Below are positions 46,032 to 55,125 of a stretch of 64,000 nucleotides of DNA, piece by piece. Every line of letters starts with the position of its first letter. The first letter of the stretch is position 1. A model generated the notes under the pieces. The model was not told where the DNA came from. It did no database searches and worked only from the letters and a program-made list of their open reading frames with translations. This stretch comes from Candidatus Fimisoma avicola (GTDB lineage Bacteria; Bacillota; Clostridia; Peptostreptococcales; Anaerovoracaceae). Location of the stretch: contig DVMO01000006.1 of the NCBI GenBank assembly GCA_018714945.1, forward strand, positions 945-64,944. Direction: 5' to 3'. The translations under genes and the position numbers were made by a program.

Positions 46032-46047
46032 TGGCATAATTTTTGCT
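46032..46047 (+). promoter_or_regulatory. Sigma-54 (-24/-12) promoter of the kdd-kam-ato operon
   Basis: TTGGCATAATTTTTGCTT: GG-N10-GC spacing, about 45 nt upstream of the kdd ATG. Confidence 0.85.
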
Positions 46048-46091
46048 TTAATTATATGACGGTAGAAAATCGAATAAAAGGAGATAAGAGA

Positions 46092-47129
46092 ATGGAATTT
46101 AAAAAAGGAGACATATACGGTACACACCGGGTAATCGAACCAAAAGGCGTACTGCCGCAGCCGGCAGATGTTATTGACAATAACATGGAAATCTATGATA
46201 ACGAAGTTCTGATCGATGTACACACATTGAACATAGATTCCGCTTCTTTTACGGAGATCGAGAAGAGAGCCGGAGGAGATCTGGCCGAGATCGAAAAGAT
46301 CATAATGCATATAGTAGAAACAACAGGCAAGCACAAAAATCCGTGGACTGGTTCCGGCGGAATGCTCATCGGTAAAGTTGCTGAAGTGGGACCTAATTAT
46401 GTAGGAGACCTCAAAAAAGGCGACAAGATCGCAACGCTTGTATCCCTTTCCCTGACTCCGCTGAAGATCGACAAGATCATCGAGATCAGACCTGACATCG
46501 ACCAGGTAGACATCAAGGGACAGGCGATCCTTTTCCAGAGCGGTATCTATGCCAAGCTTCCGAAGGACATCCCTCAGACCCTGGCTCTGTCCGTACTGGA
46601 TGTGGCAGGAGCTCCTGCCCAGACTGCAAAGATCTGCAAGCCTGGAGATACTGTAGTAGTAATGGGCGGCGGCGGAAAATCCGGAATCCTCTGCTGCTGG
46701 CAGGCAAAGAAACAGGTTGGCGTAAACGGACATGTTATCTGCGTGGACGGATTCAAGAAGTCCATCAACAGAGCCATGTCAGTAGGCGTAGCTGATGAAT
46801 ATCTCGTGGTAAACGCTACTGACGCAGTTGCCATGTACGAAGAGATCTACGAAGCAACAGAAGGACAGATGGCAGATGTTGTCATAAATGTTGTAAACAT
46901 CCCTAACACAGAAATGGCCTCCATCCTTGCCTGCAAGGACAACGGAATGGTATACTTCTTCTCCATGGCGACAAGCTTTACCAAAGCAGCCCTGGGTGCA
47001 GAAGGTGTCGGCAAAGATGTCACCATGCTCATCGGAAACGGATATACCAAGGGTCATGCCAATGTAGCTCTCCAGATCCTCAGAGAGGACGAAAGGATAA
47101 GGAACCTGTTCGCTCAGCTTTACGCATAG
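46092..47129 (+). CDS. kdd: L-erythro-3,5-diaminohexanoate dehydrogenase, copy 1
   Basis: 345 aa from MEFKKGDIYGTHRVIEPKGVLPQPA. GGGGKSG dinucleotide-binding motif. Context with kamADE and kal. Start at 46092 behind AAAGGAG; the ORF-track extension to 45942 runs through the promoter. Confidence 0.85.
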   Translation: MEFKKGDIYGTHRVIEPKGVLPQPADVIDNNMEIYDNEVLIDVHTLNIDSASFTEIEKRAGGDLAEIEKIIMHIVETTGKHKNPWTGSGGMLIGKVAEVGPNYVGDLKKGDKIATLVSLSLTPLKIDKIIEIRPDIDQVDIKGQAILFQSGIYAKLPKDIPQTLALSVLDVAGAPAQTAKICKPGDTVVVMGGGGKSGILCCWQAKKQVGVNGHVICVDGFKKSINRAMSVGVADEYLVVNATDAVAMYEEIYEATEGQMADVVINVVNIPNTEMASILACKDNGMVYFFSMATSFTKAALGAEGVGKDVTMLIGNGYTKGHANVALQILREDERIRNLFAQLYA

Positions 47130-47362
47130 TTCCTGTGCGCAGGCAAAAAGAATATTTGTGTCAAAAAGGCGGAAAAGCCCGGAAAATGCAGGGTGCGTAG
47201 ATACTGTATTTTGTATTCATTCCCAATTAACGAGCATTTTACCTTTTTGATGTGGAAAAAGTGAAAAAACTGATATATAATTAACACGGTGACTTATGTC
47301 CAAAGCTGATACAAAACTTTTGGGCGTAAATAAATTTATAAAATTTTCGAGGAGGAAAAAAT

Positions 47363-48436
47363 ATGGCTTTTAAACACGGAGACCCATATGGTACACACAG
47401 GGTGATCTCACCTAAGGGAGTGCTGCCGCAGCCTGCTGATGTTATCGACAACACTATGGAGATCTATGACAACGAGGTTCTTATCGATGTTAAGACTCTG
47501 AACATCGACTCAGCTTCATTCACAGAGATCGTAAGAAGATCCTGCAACGGCAAGAAGCCTGCTGACATCGAAAACTCTCCTGAAGATCAGGAAAAAGTAA
47601 AACAGACAATGCTTGACATCGTTGCCAAGGCTGGAAAGCACAAAAACCCATGGACAGGTTCCGGCGGAATGCTCATCGGTACCGTTAAGGAGATCGGCCC
47701 TGCTTATGTAGGTGACCTGAAAGTAGGCGACAAGATCGCTACTCTGGTATCCCTTTCCCTGACTCCGCTGGTGATCGAAGAGATCATCGAAATGAGACCT
47801 GCTATCGACCAGGTAGACATCAAGGGACAGGCAATCCTGTTCCAGAGCGGCATCTACGCTGTTCTTCCTGACGATATGCCTGAAGGCCTTGCCCTTTCAG
47901 CTCTGGATGTAGCAGGAGCTCCTGCCCAGACAGCCAAGCTGGTACAGTGCGGAATGAAAGTCCTCATCATAGGCGGCGGCGGAAAATCAGGACTCCTCTG
48001 CTTATATGAAGCAAAGAAGAGAGCCGGAGTTACCGGAATGGTAGTTTGCGCAGCAGGATCACAGAAATCCGAAGACAGAGCAAGAAAGCTCGACCTGGCT
48101 GACGAATACTTCCACCTGGATGCTACCGATGCCGTAGCCATGTACAACAAGGCTATGGAACTTACCAACGGCGAACTGTTCGACCTGGTAATCAACTGTG
48201 TAAACATCGAAAACACAGAAATGGCTTCTATCCTTGCCTGCAAGGACAACGGAACCGTATACTTCTTCTCCATGGCTACAAGCTTCACAAAGGCAGCCCT
48301 GGGAGCAGAAGGCGTAGGCAAAGATGTGAACATGATAATCGGAAACGGCTATACAAAGGGCCACGCAGCTATCACTCTGCAGGATCTCAGAGAACATCAG
48401 GGTATCAGAGAACTGTTCCAGGAGATGTATGCTTAA
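47363..48436 (+). CDS. kdd: L-erythro-3,5-diaminohexanoate dehydrogenase paralogue, copy 2
   Basis: 357 aa, roughly 70% identical to copy 1 by eye, with a ~12-aa insertion (CNGKKPADIENSPEDQEK). Retains IIGGGGKSG. AGGAGG RBS. Confidence 0.85.
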   Translation: MAFKHGDPYGTHRVISPKGVLPQPADVIDNTMEIYDNEVLIDVKTLNIDSASFTEIVRRSCNGKKPADIENSPEDQEKVKQTMLDIVAKAGKHKNPWTGSGGMLIGTVKEIGPAYVGDLKVGDKIATLVSLSLTPLVIEEIIEMRPAIDQVDIKGQAILFQSGIYAVLPDDMPEGLALSALDVAGAPAQTAKLVQCGMKVLIIGGGGKSGLLCLYEAKKRAGVTGMVVCAAGSQKSEDRARKLDLADEYFHLDATDAVAMYNKAMELTNGELFDLVINCVNIENTEMASILACKDNGTVYFFSMATSFTKAALGAEGVGKDVNMIIGNGYTKGHAAITLQDLREHQGIRELFQEMYA

Positions 48437-48520
48437 TCGCGCTTAATCAAGATTTACCTAATCGTCTGCCGGCCTGAGCGCCGGCGGGCGGACATCTAAA
48501 TAAGATTAAAGGAGAAAAAA

Positions 48521-49783
48521 ATGGCTATTAGAAATTGGAAAGACATTCCTCTGTTCAAGGATGTTACCGATGAACAGTGGAACGACTGGCACTGGCAGGT
48601 AGAGCACAGACTCACCACAGTTGAGGAGATCGCTCAGGTGGTTAATCTGAGTGATCAGGAAAAAGCTGATATTGAAAAAGTAATGGGAGGATTCAGAGTA
48701 GGTATCACTCCTTACTATGCTTCCCTGATGGATCCTGATGATCCGAGAGATCCGGTAAGAATGCAGGCTGTTCCTACTCTGGCAGAAATGCACAGATCTG
48801 CTGCTGATGACCTGGACCCACTGCACGAAGATGCTGACTCTCCTGCTCCGGGACTTACCCACAGATATCCGGACAGAGTGCTGTTCCTGATCACTGACCA
48901 GTGCTCAATGTACTGCAGACACTGCACCAGAAGAAGACTGGCCGGCGAAACTGACGGCTCAAGATCAAGAGAAGATATCGACGCATGTATCGATTACATC
49001 AGAAGGACTCCTCAGGTAAGAGACGTTCTTCTGTCAGGCGGAGACTGCCTGCTGGTTGAAGATGAAACTCTTGAATACATCATCAGCGAGCTGAGAAAGA
49101 TCGACCATGTTGAGATCGTAAGACTCGGATCAAGAACCCCTGTCGTTATGCCTATGAGGATAACTGACAAGCTGGTAAACATGCTGAAGAAGTATCATCC
49201 GATCTGGCTGAACACTCACTTCAACCATCCTAAGGAAATGACTCCGGACGCCATGGAAGCATGCAGAAAGCTGGCTGACGCAGGTATACCTCTCGGCAAC
49301 CAGTCAGTACTGCTCAGAGGAGTAAACGACTGCAAGCACATCATGAGAGATCTGGTACAGATCCTGGTCAAGAACAGAGTAAGACCTTACTACATCTACA
49401 TCTGCGACCTGTCAATGGGTATCGAACACTTCAGAACACCTGTATCAAAGGGTATCGAGATCATCGAAGGACTGAGAGGACATACTTCCGGATATGCAGT
49501 ACCTACTTTCGTAGTAGACGCTCCTGGCGGCGGCGGAAAGACTCCTGTAATGCCTCAGTATGTAATTTCCCAGACTCCGCACAAGGTTATCCTGAGAAAC
49601 TACGAAGGCGTTATCACTACTTACACCGAGCCATCACTGCCTGAACTGCCTTGCACCTGCGATTACTGCACCGGCAAGAAGACCTACAAGTATCAGGGCG
49701 TTTCTGCTCTGGGCGAAGGTCCTGAGATCAGATACATGGAGCCAAGCAATCTGGCAAGACACGAAAGAAACAAACACGAATAA
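48521..49783 (+). CDS. kamA: L-lysine 2,3-aminomutase (radical SAM, PLP)
   Basis: CSMYCRHCTRRR radical-SAM motif, LLSGGD and the conserved KamA N- and C-terminal regions; 420 aa. Confidence 0.95.
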   Translation: MAIRNWKDIPLFKDVTDEQWNDWHWQVEHRLTTVEEIAQVVNLSDQEKADIEKVMGGFRVGITPYYASLMDPDDPRDPVRMQAVPTLAEMHRSAADDLDPLHEDADSPAPGLTHRYPDRVLFLITDQCSMYCRHCTRRRLAGETDGSRSREDIDACIDYIRRTPQVRDVLLSGGDCLLVEDETLEYIISELRKIDHVEIVRLGSRTPVVMPMRITDKLVNMLKKYHPIWLNTHFNHPKEMTPDAMEACRKLADAGIPLGNQSVLLRGVNDCKHIMRDLVQILVKNRVRPYYIYICDLSMGIEHFRTPVSKGIEIIEGLRGHTSGYAVPTFVVDAPGGGGKTPVMPQYVISQTPHKVILRNYEGVITTYTEPSLPELPCTCDYCTGKKTYKYQGVSALGEGPEIRYMEPSNLARHERNKHE

Positions 49784-49858
49784 TTTCTTTCAAAAATTAA
49801 ATGATCACCCGGAGGGAGGCCGCAAGGCCTCCCCATTGGGGAGAAAGAGGATATAAAT

Positions 49859-50878
49859 ATGGGGCTTCTTAACGACCTGTCAACTAAATACAAGACAATT
49901 TCCATAGTCGGCATGGCCAAAAACGCCGGAAAGACCACGGCGCTCAACTACCTGATAGAGGAAGCGATAGACGAGGGGATGATCCTTGGCATCACATCTA
50001 CAGGCAGAGACGGAGAAACCCAGGACCTGGTGACAGGGACAGAAAAGCCGAGAGTATATGTGGACCGGGATATGCTTGTGGCTGTGCCTTCTCTTTTGTA
50101 TGATATGGCAGACGCCGGTCTTGAGGTCATAAGAAAGACAAAATATTCAACAGCAATAGGAGAACTTCTCATATGCCGTGTCAGAGAGGCCGGATATGTC
50201 CAGATCGCAGGGCCTGTCATCAACGCCGAACAAAAGCTCCTCTGCCGTGATATGCTGGATCTGGGATGCCAGCTCATCCTGATAGACGGGGCCATAGACA
50301 GGAAATCCATAGCCTCACCGGACACATCGGATGCGATAATCTTATCTACAGGAGCCGTACTTTCCAGGAAAATGAACAAGGTAGTGGAAGAAACGGCCCA
50401 TGTCGTGAATCTTTACAGATCACCTGAACTGGAAGACGGTGTCATCAGAGACGCCATAGAAAAAAACAACTTTGATAATAAGATCATGCTCGTAAGCGGC
50501 GACGGAAAAATAACGAAGCTGGACCTGGCCACGGGCCTTGGAGCTTCAAAGGATATTAACGGAGCCATAGACGAGGAGACAAGATATATATATATACCGG
50601 GGGCTTTCACCAACAGCGTCATATGCGACATAAGCCTGAAAAACCTCAAACAGGTGAAATTCGTGCTGAAAGACCCCACCAAGATATTCATAAGAGCCAT
50701 GGACTGGGGCATTTACAGAAAAAAAGGCTTCAGGCTCAGCGTACTGAAAAACATTGAGATCGCGGCCATAACTGTCAACCCGTGGGCCCCGGCAGGATAT
50801 ACATTTGACAACCGGGTACTGCTGGAAGAAATGCAGAAGGCCATTGCCGATATTCCCATAGTAGATGTGAGGATGTGA
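49859..50878 (+). CDS. P-loop NTPase of unknown function conserved in kam loci (candidate lysine 5,6-aminomutase reactivase subunit, KamB-like)
   Basis: Walker A-like IVGMAKNAGKTT. Lies between kamA and the MutS-like gene, and its stop overlaps the next start (ATGTGA). Confidence 0.5.
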   Translation: MGLLNDLSTKYKTISIVGMAKNAGKTTALNYLIEEAIDEGMILGITSTGRDGETQDLVTGTEKPRVYVDRDMLVAVPSLLYDMADAGLEVIRKTKYSTAIGELLICRVREAGYVQIAGPVINAEQKLLCRDMLDLGCQLILIDGAIDRKSIASPDTSDAIILSTGAVLSRKMNKVVEETAHVVNLYRSPELEDGVIRDAIEKNNFDNKIMLVSGDGKITKLDLATGLGASKDINGAIDEETRYIYIPGAFTNSVICDISLKNLKQVKFVLKDPTKIFIRAMDWGIYRKKGFRLSVLKNIEIAAITVNPWAPAGYTFDNRVLLEEMQKAIADIPIVDVRM

Positions 50879-52659
50879 CCATGAAACAAGGCAAGAACAG
50901 AAGGCTGGCAAACTCCAAGACCAGGCGGGAGACAGGTCTTGAGTATGTGATGTTCAACCTGGACCTTAATACGCCTTTTGGAAAAAAACAGCTTAAAGAA
51001 ATAAGACCGTATTATCCCGGAGAAGAAGATGAACTGAGAGAAGAACTGGATCGTGTCGGCAGGATGATACAGTTTGTGAAACAGAACCAGACTTTGACTG
51101 ATAAGATCCAGGAAGTATTTATGGAAGTGAAGGATCCTTCCCTCACTGTCCAGCGCAGCGGCAGCGCCACCCTCTCTACAGTCGAACTGTATGAGGTCAA
51201 GTCCCTGCTCCTCCAGATGAGACAGCTGCGCAAGCTGACAATGGAGCACGAGATAGGAGACTATAAAGGCGTACACAGCCCGGCCGAGTGCAGAGCAGCA
51301 GCCGGACCGGAAGATGAGGGCTGCTGCACGCCTGTGACGGAAGTGTCCCGCCTTGACATGGAAAAGGATCAGGATGCTCCTGTGGTAGATACAGTGCCGG
51401 AAGAATATTTCCTGGAGGATACCGAGGATCTTCTGGACGAGCTGGATCCAAGAAAAGACAGGATGAACACTTTCTACATCTATGATGAGTTCAGCCCTGT
51501 GCTGGGTGGATACAGGTCCAAAAAGCGTGAATACGAGCTGATGATCCGCAGAGAACAGAAGCAGGCCAGGGATGAGCTCAGAAGACAGCACGGAGTCCAG
51601 CTGACGCCGAAATTTGATATCGTGGTCGCCAGATCCCATCCTGATTTTGAAAAGATACAGGATCTTCAGGAACTGGAAGCCGTGGATCAGGATTACATGA
51701 GCGTAACATTCCAGCTGAAGCCTACTGACATTATCCGCGGATATATGGCGGAAATGGAGAACCTCAATGCTGACATAGAGACCGAAGAGGAAAAAGTCAG
51801 AGAAGATCTTTCAAGGAAGATTTCCCAAAAGGCGGATGTCATCCTGGCAAACTGCCAAAAGATGGGAGCTTTGGATCTGGCCCTGGGAAGAGCCATATAT
51901 TCCATAAAACACGATCTTATAAAACCGGAGATCACAGAAGAACATGTCATCCAATTTGAAGACGGCCGCAATCTCCAGGTTGAGGATATAATAAAGTCAA
52001 AAGGAAAGGAATATTGTCCTGTGTCCCTGTCCCTGAAGGACGGGGTAACGCTCATAACAGGAGCCAATATGGGAGGAAAGACCATTTCCCTCAAACTGGC
52101 TGGACAGATACCTATCCTTGCCCAGTATGGTTTCTTTGTACCGGCAAAGAAAGCAAAGGTGGGACTTTCCAATTACATGCAGATACTCATAGGCGATTCC
52201 CAGTCCGTAGAAAGAGGCCTTTCCAGCTTCGGCTCGGAAATGGAAGAACTCAAGGAGATCCTCGATCACGGACAGGACAGGAGCCTGATACTCATAGACG
52301 AGATAGCATCCGGCACCAACCCTACAGAAGGAACTGCCCTTACCAGGAGCCTTGTGGACTATCTCATAGAAAGACCGTATATTTCCCTGATCACGACACA
52401 TTTTGAAACTGTGACCGAGCGGGAGGGCGTTGTGAACATGCAGGTGAGAGGCCTTGCCGACTGTGATTTCACAAAGCTCAACAGCGAGATACAGAGGGCA
52501 AATCGTCGCGACAGGATAAATATAATATCAAAGTACATGGATTATCGCCTGCAGCGCGTTGAAAACGGTGCGCAGGTGCCTAAGGATGCTCTGAATATAG
52601 CCGCCATGCTCGGTATCGACAAGGCGATCATAGACGGAGCGAAAAAATATATCAGATAA
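50875..52659 (+). CDS. MutS-domain-V-like ATPase (candidate lysine 5,6-aminomutase reactivase ATPase, KamC-like)
   Basis: ITGANMGGKTISLK (Walker A), LILIDEIASGTNPTEG (Walker B) and TTHF motifs as in the MutS/MutS2 ATPase domain. No mismatch-binding N-domain is recognised. Confidence 0.6.
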   Translation: MTMKQGKNRRLANSKTRRETGLEYVMFNLDLNTPFGKKQLKEIRPYYPGEEDELREELDRVGRMIQFVKQNQTLTDKIQEVFMEVKDPSLTVQRSGSATLSTVELYEVKSLLLQMRQLRKLTMEHEIGDYKGVHSPAECRAAAGPEDEGCCTPVTEVSRLDMEKDQDAPVVDTVPEEYFLEDTEDLLDELDPRKDRMNTFYIYDEFSPVLGGYRSKKREYELMIRREQKQARDELRRQHGVQLTPKFDIVVARSHPDFEKIQDLQELEAVDQDYMSVTFQLKPTDIIRGYMAEMENLNADIETEEEKVREDLSRKISQKADVILANCQKMGALDLALGRAIYSIKHDLIKPEITEEHVIQFEDGRNLQVEDIIKSKGKEYCPVSLSLKDGVTLITGANMGGKTISLKLAGQIPILAQYGFFVPAKKAKVGLSNYMQILIGDSQSVERGLSSFGSEMEELKEILDHGQDRSLILIDEIASGTNPTEGTALTRSLVDYLIERPYISLITTHFETVTEREGVVNMQVRGLADCDFTKLNSEIQRANRRDRINIISKYMDYRLQRVENGAQVPKDALNIAAMLGIDKAIIDGAKKYIR

Positions 52660-52670
52660 GGAGAAATGGG

Positions 52671-54224
52671 ATGAAAAGCAAACTTAATCTTGACCAGAAA
52701 GTTGTTGACAGCGCCCGCCAGCATGCGGCAAATATCGCCCACGACATGCAGGAATTCATCGATCGTCATACAACGGTATCCACAGAGAGGACCATTGTAA
52801 GACTTTTGGGTGTTGACGGCGTGGATGATGTTGATACGCCGCTGCCAAATGTGGTCGTAGACCAGATCAAGGACGCAGGAGCTCTGCCTACAGGAGCAGC
52901 ATACCTGATGGGTAATGCAATGGTCCAGACAGGAAAGACTCCGCAGGAGATTGCAGAGGACATGGCTGCAGGCAAACTTGACATTACCAAGCTGCCTACA
53001 TGCACTCAGGAAGAAGCTGCCGAGGCATTAAAGCCGGTCATCAAAAAGACTTTTGAGAAGATCGACGCTCAGATAGCAAAGCGTAAAGAATATCTTTCCA
53101 CCATAGGCGAAGGTCCGGAACCTTATATCTATGTAATCGTAGCTACCGGAAACATCTATGAGGATGTGGTGCAGGCTCAGGCCGCTGCAAGACAGGGCGC
53201 TGATGTTATCGCTGTTATCAGGACAACAGCCCAGTCCCTGCTTGACTATGTTCCTTACGGACCTACTACAGAAGGTTTCGGCGGTACATATGCTACTCAG
53301 GAAAACTTCAGGATCATGAGAAAAGCTCTCGACGAAGTAGGAGAAGAGGTTGGCAGATATATCAGACTCTGTAACTATTCCTCAGGAATGTGCATGCCTG
53401 AGATCGCTGCCATGGGAGCGCTCGAAAGACTTGATATGATGCTCAACGATGCTATCTACGGCATCCTGTTCAGAGACATCAACATGCAGAGGACTCTGGT
53501 AGACCAGTTCATGTCAAGGGTTATCATCGGATACTGCGGTATAATCTTCAACTCAGGTGAAGACAACTATCTGACCACAGACGATGCCATCGAAGCTGCC
53601 CACACCGTAACAGCTTCCCAGTTCATCAACGAACAGTTTGCTGTACTGGCCAACATCCCTGAAGAACAGATGGGTCTTGGACACGCATTTGAAATGGACC
53701 CTTCAACCGAGGACGGATTCCTGCTTGAACTGGCTCAGGCCCAGATGGCAAGAGAGATCTTCCCTAAGGCAAGATTAAAATACATGCCGCCTACAAAGTT
53801 CATGACCGGAAATATTTTCAGAGGACACCTGCAGGACGCTCTGTTCAATCTGGTAACTGTCTGGACACATCAGTCCATACTGCTGACCGGAATGCTGACA
53901 GAAGCCATCCATACACCGTTCATGCAGGACAGATATCTCTCAATAGAAAACGCCAAATATATCTTCAATAACTGCAGACATATAGGCGATGAGATCGAAT
54001 TCAAAGAGGGCGGCATAATCCAGAGCCGTGCTCACGAAGTTCTCAAGAAGGCTGATGACCTTCTGGCTGAAGTGGAAAAGGAAGGCCTCTTCTCAACCAT
54101 CGAGAAAGGTATCTTCGGCGGAGTTAAGCGTCCGTTCGACGGCGGCCACGGCCTTGAAGGCGTTTGCACCAAGGGCGAAAACTACTTCAATCCGTTTATT
54201 CCACTGTTCATGGATCATAAATAA
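52671..54224 (+). CDS. kamD: Lysine 5,6-aminomutase alpha subunit
   Basis: 517 aa TIM-barrel subunit immediately upstream of the B12-binding beta subunit. The sequence pattern is typical of KamD. Confidence 0.88.
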   Translation: MKSKLNLDQKVVDSARQHAANIAHDMQEFIDRHTTVSTERTIVRLLGVDGVDDVDTPLPNVVVDQIKDAGALPTGAAYLMGNAMVQTGKTPQEIAEDMAAGKLDITKLPTCTQEEAAEALKPVIKKTFEKIDAQIAKRKEYLSTIGEGPEPYIYVIVATGNIYEDVVQAQAAARQGADVIAVIRTTAQSLLDYVPYGPTTEGFGGTYATQENFRIMRKALDEVGEEVGRYIRLCNYSSGMCMPEIAAMGALERLDMMLNDAIYGILFRDINMQRTLVDQFMSRVIIGYCGIIFNSGEDNYLTTDDAIEAAHTVTASQFINEQFAVLANIPEEQMGLGHAFEMDPSTEDGFLLELAQAQMAREIFPKARLKYMPPTKFMTGNIFRGHLQDALFNLVTVWTHQSILLTGMLTEAIHTPFMQDRYLSIENAKYIFNNCRHIGDEIEFKEGGIIQSRAHEVLKKADDLLAEVEKEGLFSTIEKGIFGGVKRPFDGGHGLEGVCTKGENYFNPFIPLFMDHK

Positions 54225-54239
54225 GGAGGTGCGCTTACG

Positions 54240-55034
54240 ATGGCAGAAAATAAAACAGCTACTACCAAGGTAGATTTAACTTGTGTAAAGCCTTACGGCG
54301 ACGCGCTGAACGACGGAAAAGTTCAGATATCATTCACTCTTCCGGTACCTTACGGTGAAGAAGCGGAAGAATGTGCAAAACAGTATGTAAAGAAGCTCGG
54401 CCTGGAAGAGCCAAATGTGGCATATTACTGCGAACTCACAACAGGATATACATTCTTTAATGTTTACGGATCAGCTCAGCCTACTATCGACTATACGGCC
54501 ATTAAAGTCCCTAAGGTAGAGGGAACTGTCATGGACCGTGTTGAGTGCGGCGAATGGATAGCTGAACACATCGGCAGAGACATTGTCGTAGTAGGAGCTT
54601 CCATCGAATCAGACGCTCATACAGTAGGTATCGACGCCATAATCCAGATGAAGGGCTTCCATGGTCACTTCGGTCTGGAAAGATTCAAGAATGTAGTTGC
54701 ATACAACATGGTCTCCCAGGTTCCTTGTGAGGAACTGATAGCCAAGGCTAAAGAAGTAAACGCTGACGCTATCCTGGTTTCCCAGACAGTAACTCAGAAG
54801 GACATCCACATCAAACAGCTCACCAAGATGGAAGAACTGGTTGAAGCCGAGGGCCTCAGAGATAAGATAATCCTCACCTGCGGCGGTCCTAGGATTTCCC
54901 ATGAGCTGGCTCAGGAGCTTGGATATGACGCAGGATTCGGACCTGGAAAATATGCCGAGCATGTAATGAGCTACATCATGCAGGAAGTTGAAAAGAGAGG
55001 CTGGCAGAACAAGCCAAAGATCGAAGACCGCTAA
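54240..55034 (+). CDS. kamE: Lysine 5,6-aminomutase beta subunit (B12- and PLP-binding)
   Basis: SDAHTVGID (DxHxxG base-off cobalamin motif) and a Rossmann-like B12 domain; 264 aa. Confidence 0.9.
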   Translation: MAENKTATTKVDLTCVKPYGDALNDGKVQISFTLPVPYGEEAEECAKQYVKKLGLEEPNVAYYCELTTGYTFFNVYGSAQPTIDYTAIKVPKVEGTVMDRVECGEWIAEHIGRDIVVVGASIESDAHTVGIDAIIQMKGFHGHFGLERFKNVVAYNMVSQVPCEELIAKAKEVNADAILVSQTVTQKDIHIKQLTKMEELVEAEGLRDKIILTCGGPRISHELAQELGYDAGFGPGKYAEHVMSYIMQEVEKRGWQNKPKIEDR

Positions 55035-55125
55035 AATATGATCCCGGCCCGGTTGACATCAGCCAACGAATGGGATAAAGTTATATTAAGATCAACATAC
55101 AATATTTGAGAAAGGTGATACGAAC

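Noticed and set aside
45906-46733. 275-aa minus-strand ORF overlapping the kdd promoter and kdd copy 1. Similar long antisense ORFs lie at 28025-28939 (scpA), 50713-51639 (MutS-like gene), 55216-55866 (atoD) and 13646-14317 (truA/comEB).
   Set aside because: All are antisense to genes with strong family signatures. They lack an RBS and motifs and have odd composition.
47130-47362. A third sigma-54 promoter in the spacer between the two kdd copies.
   Set aside because: No TGGCA-N7-TGC or GG-N10-GC element is present on either strand. Only weak sigma-70-like hexamers are seen.
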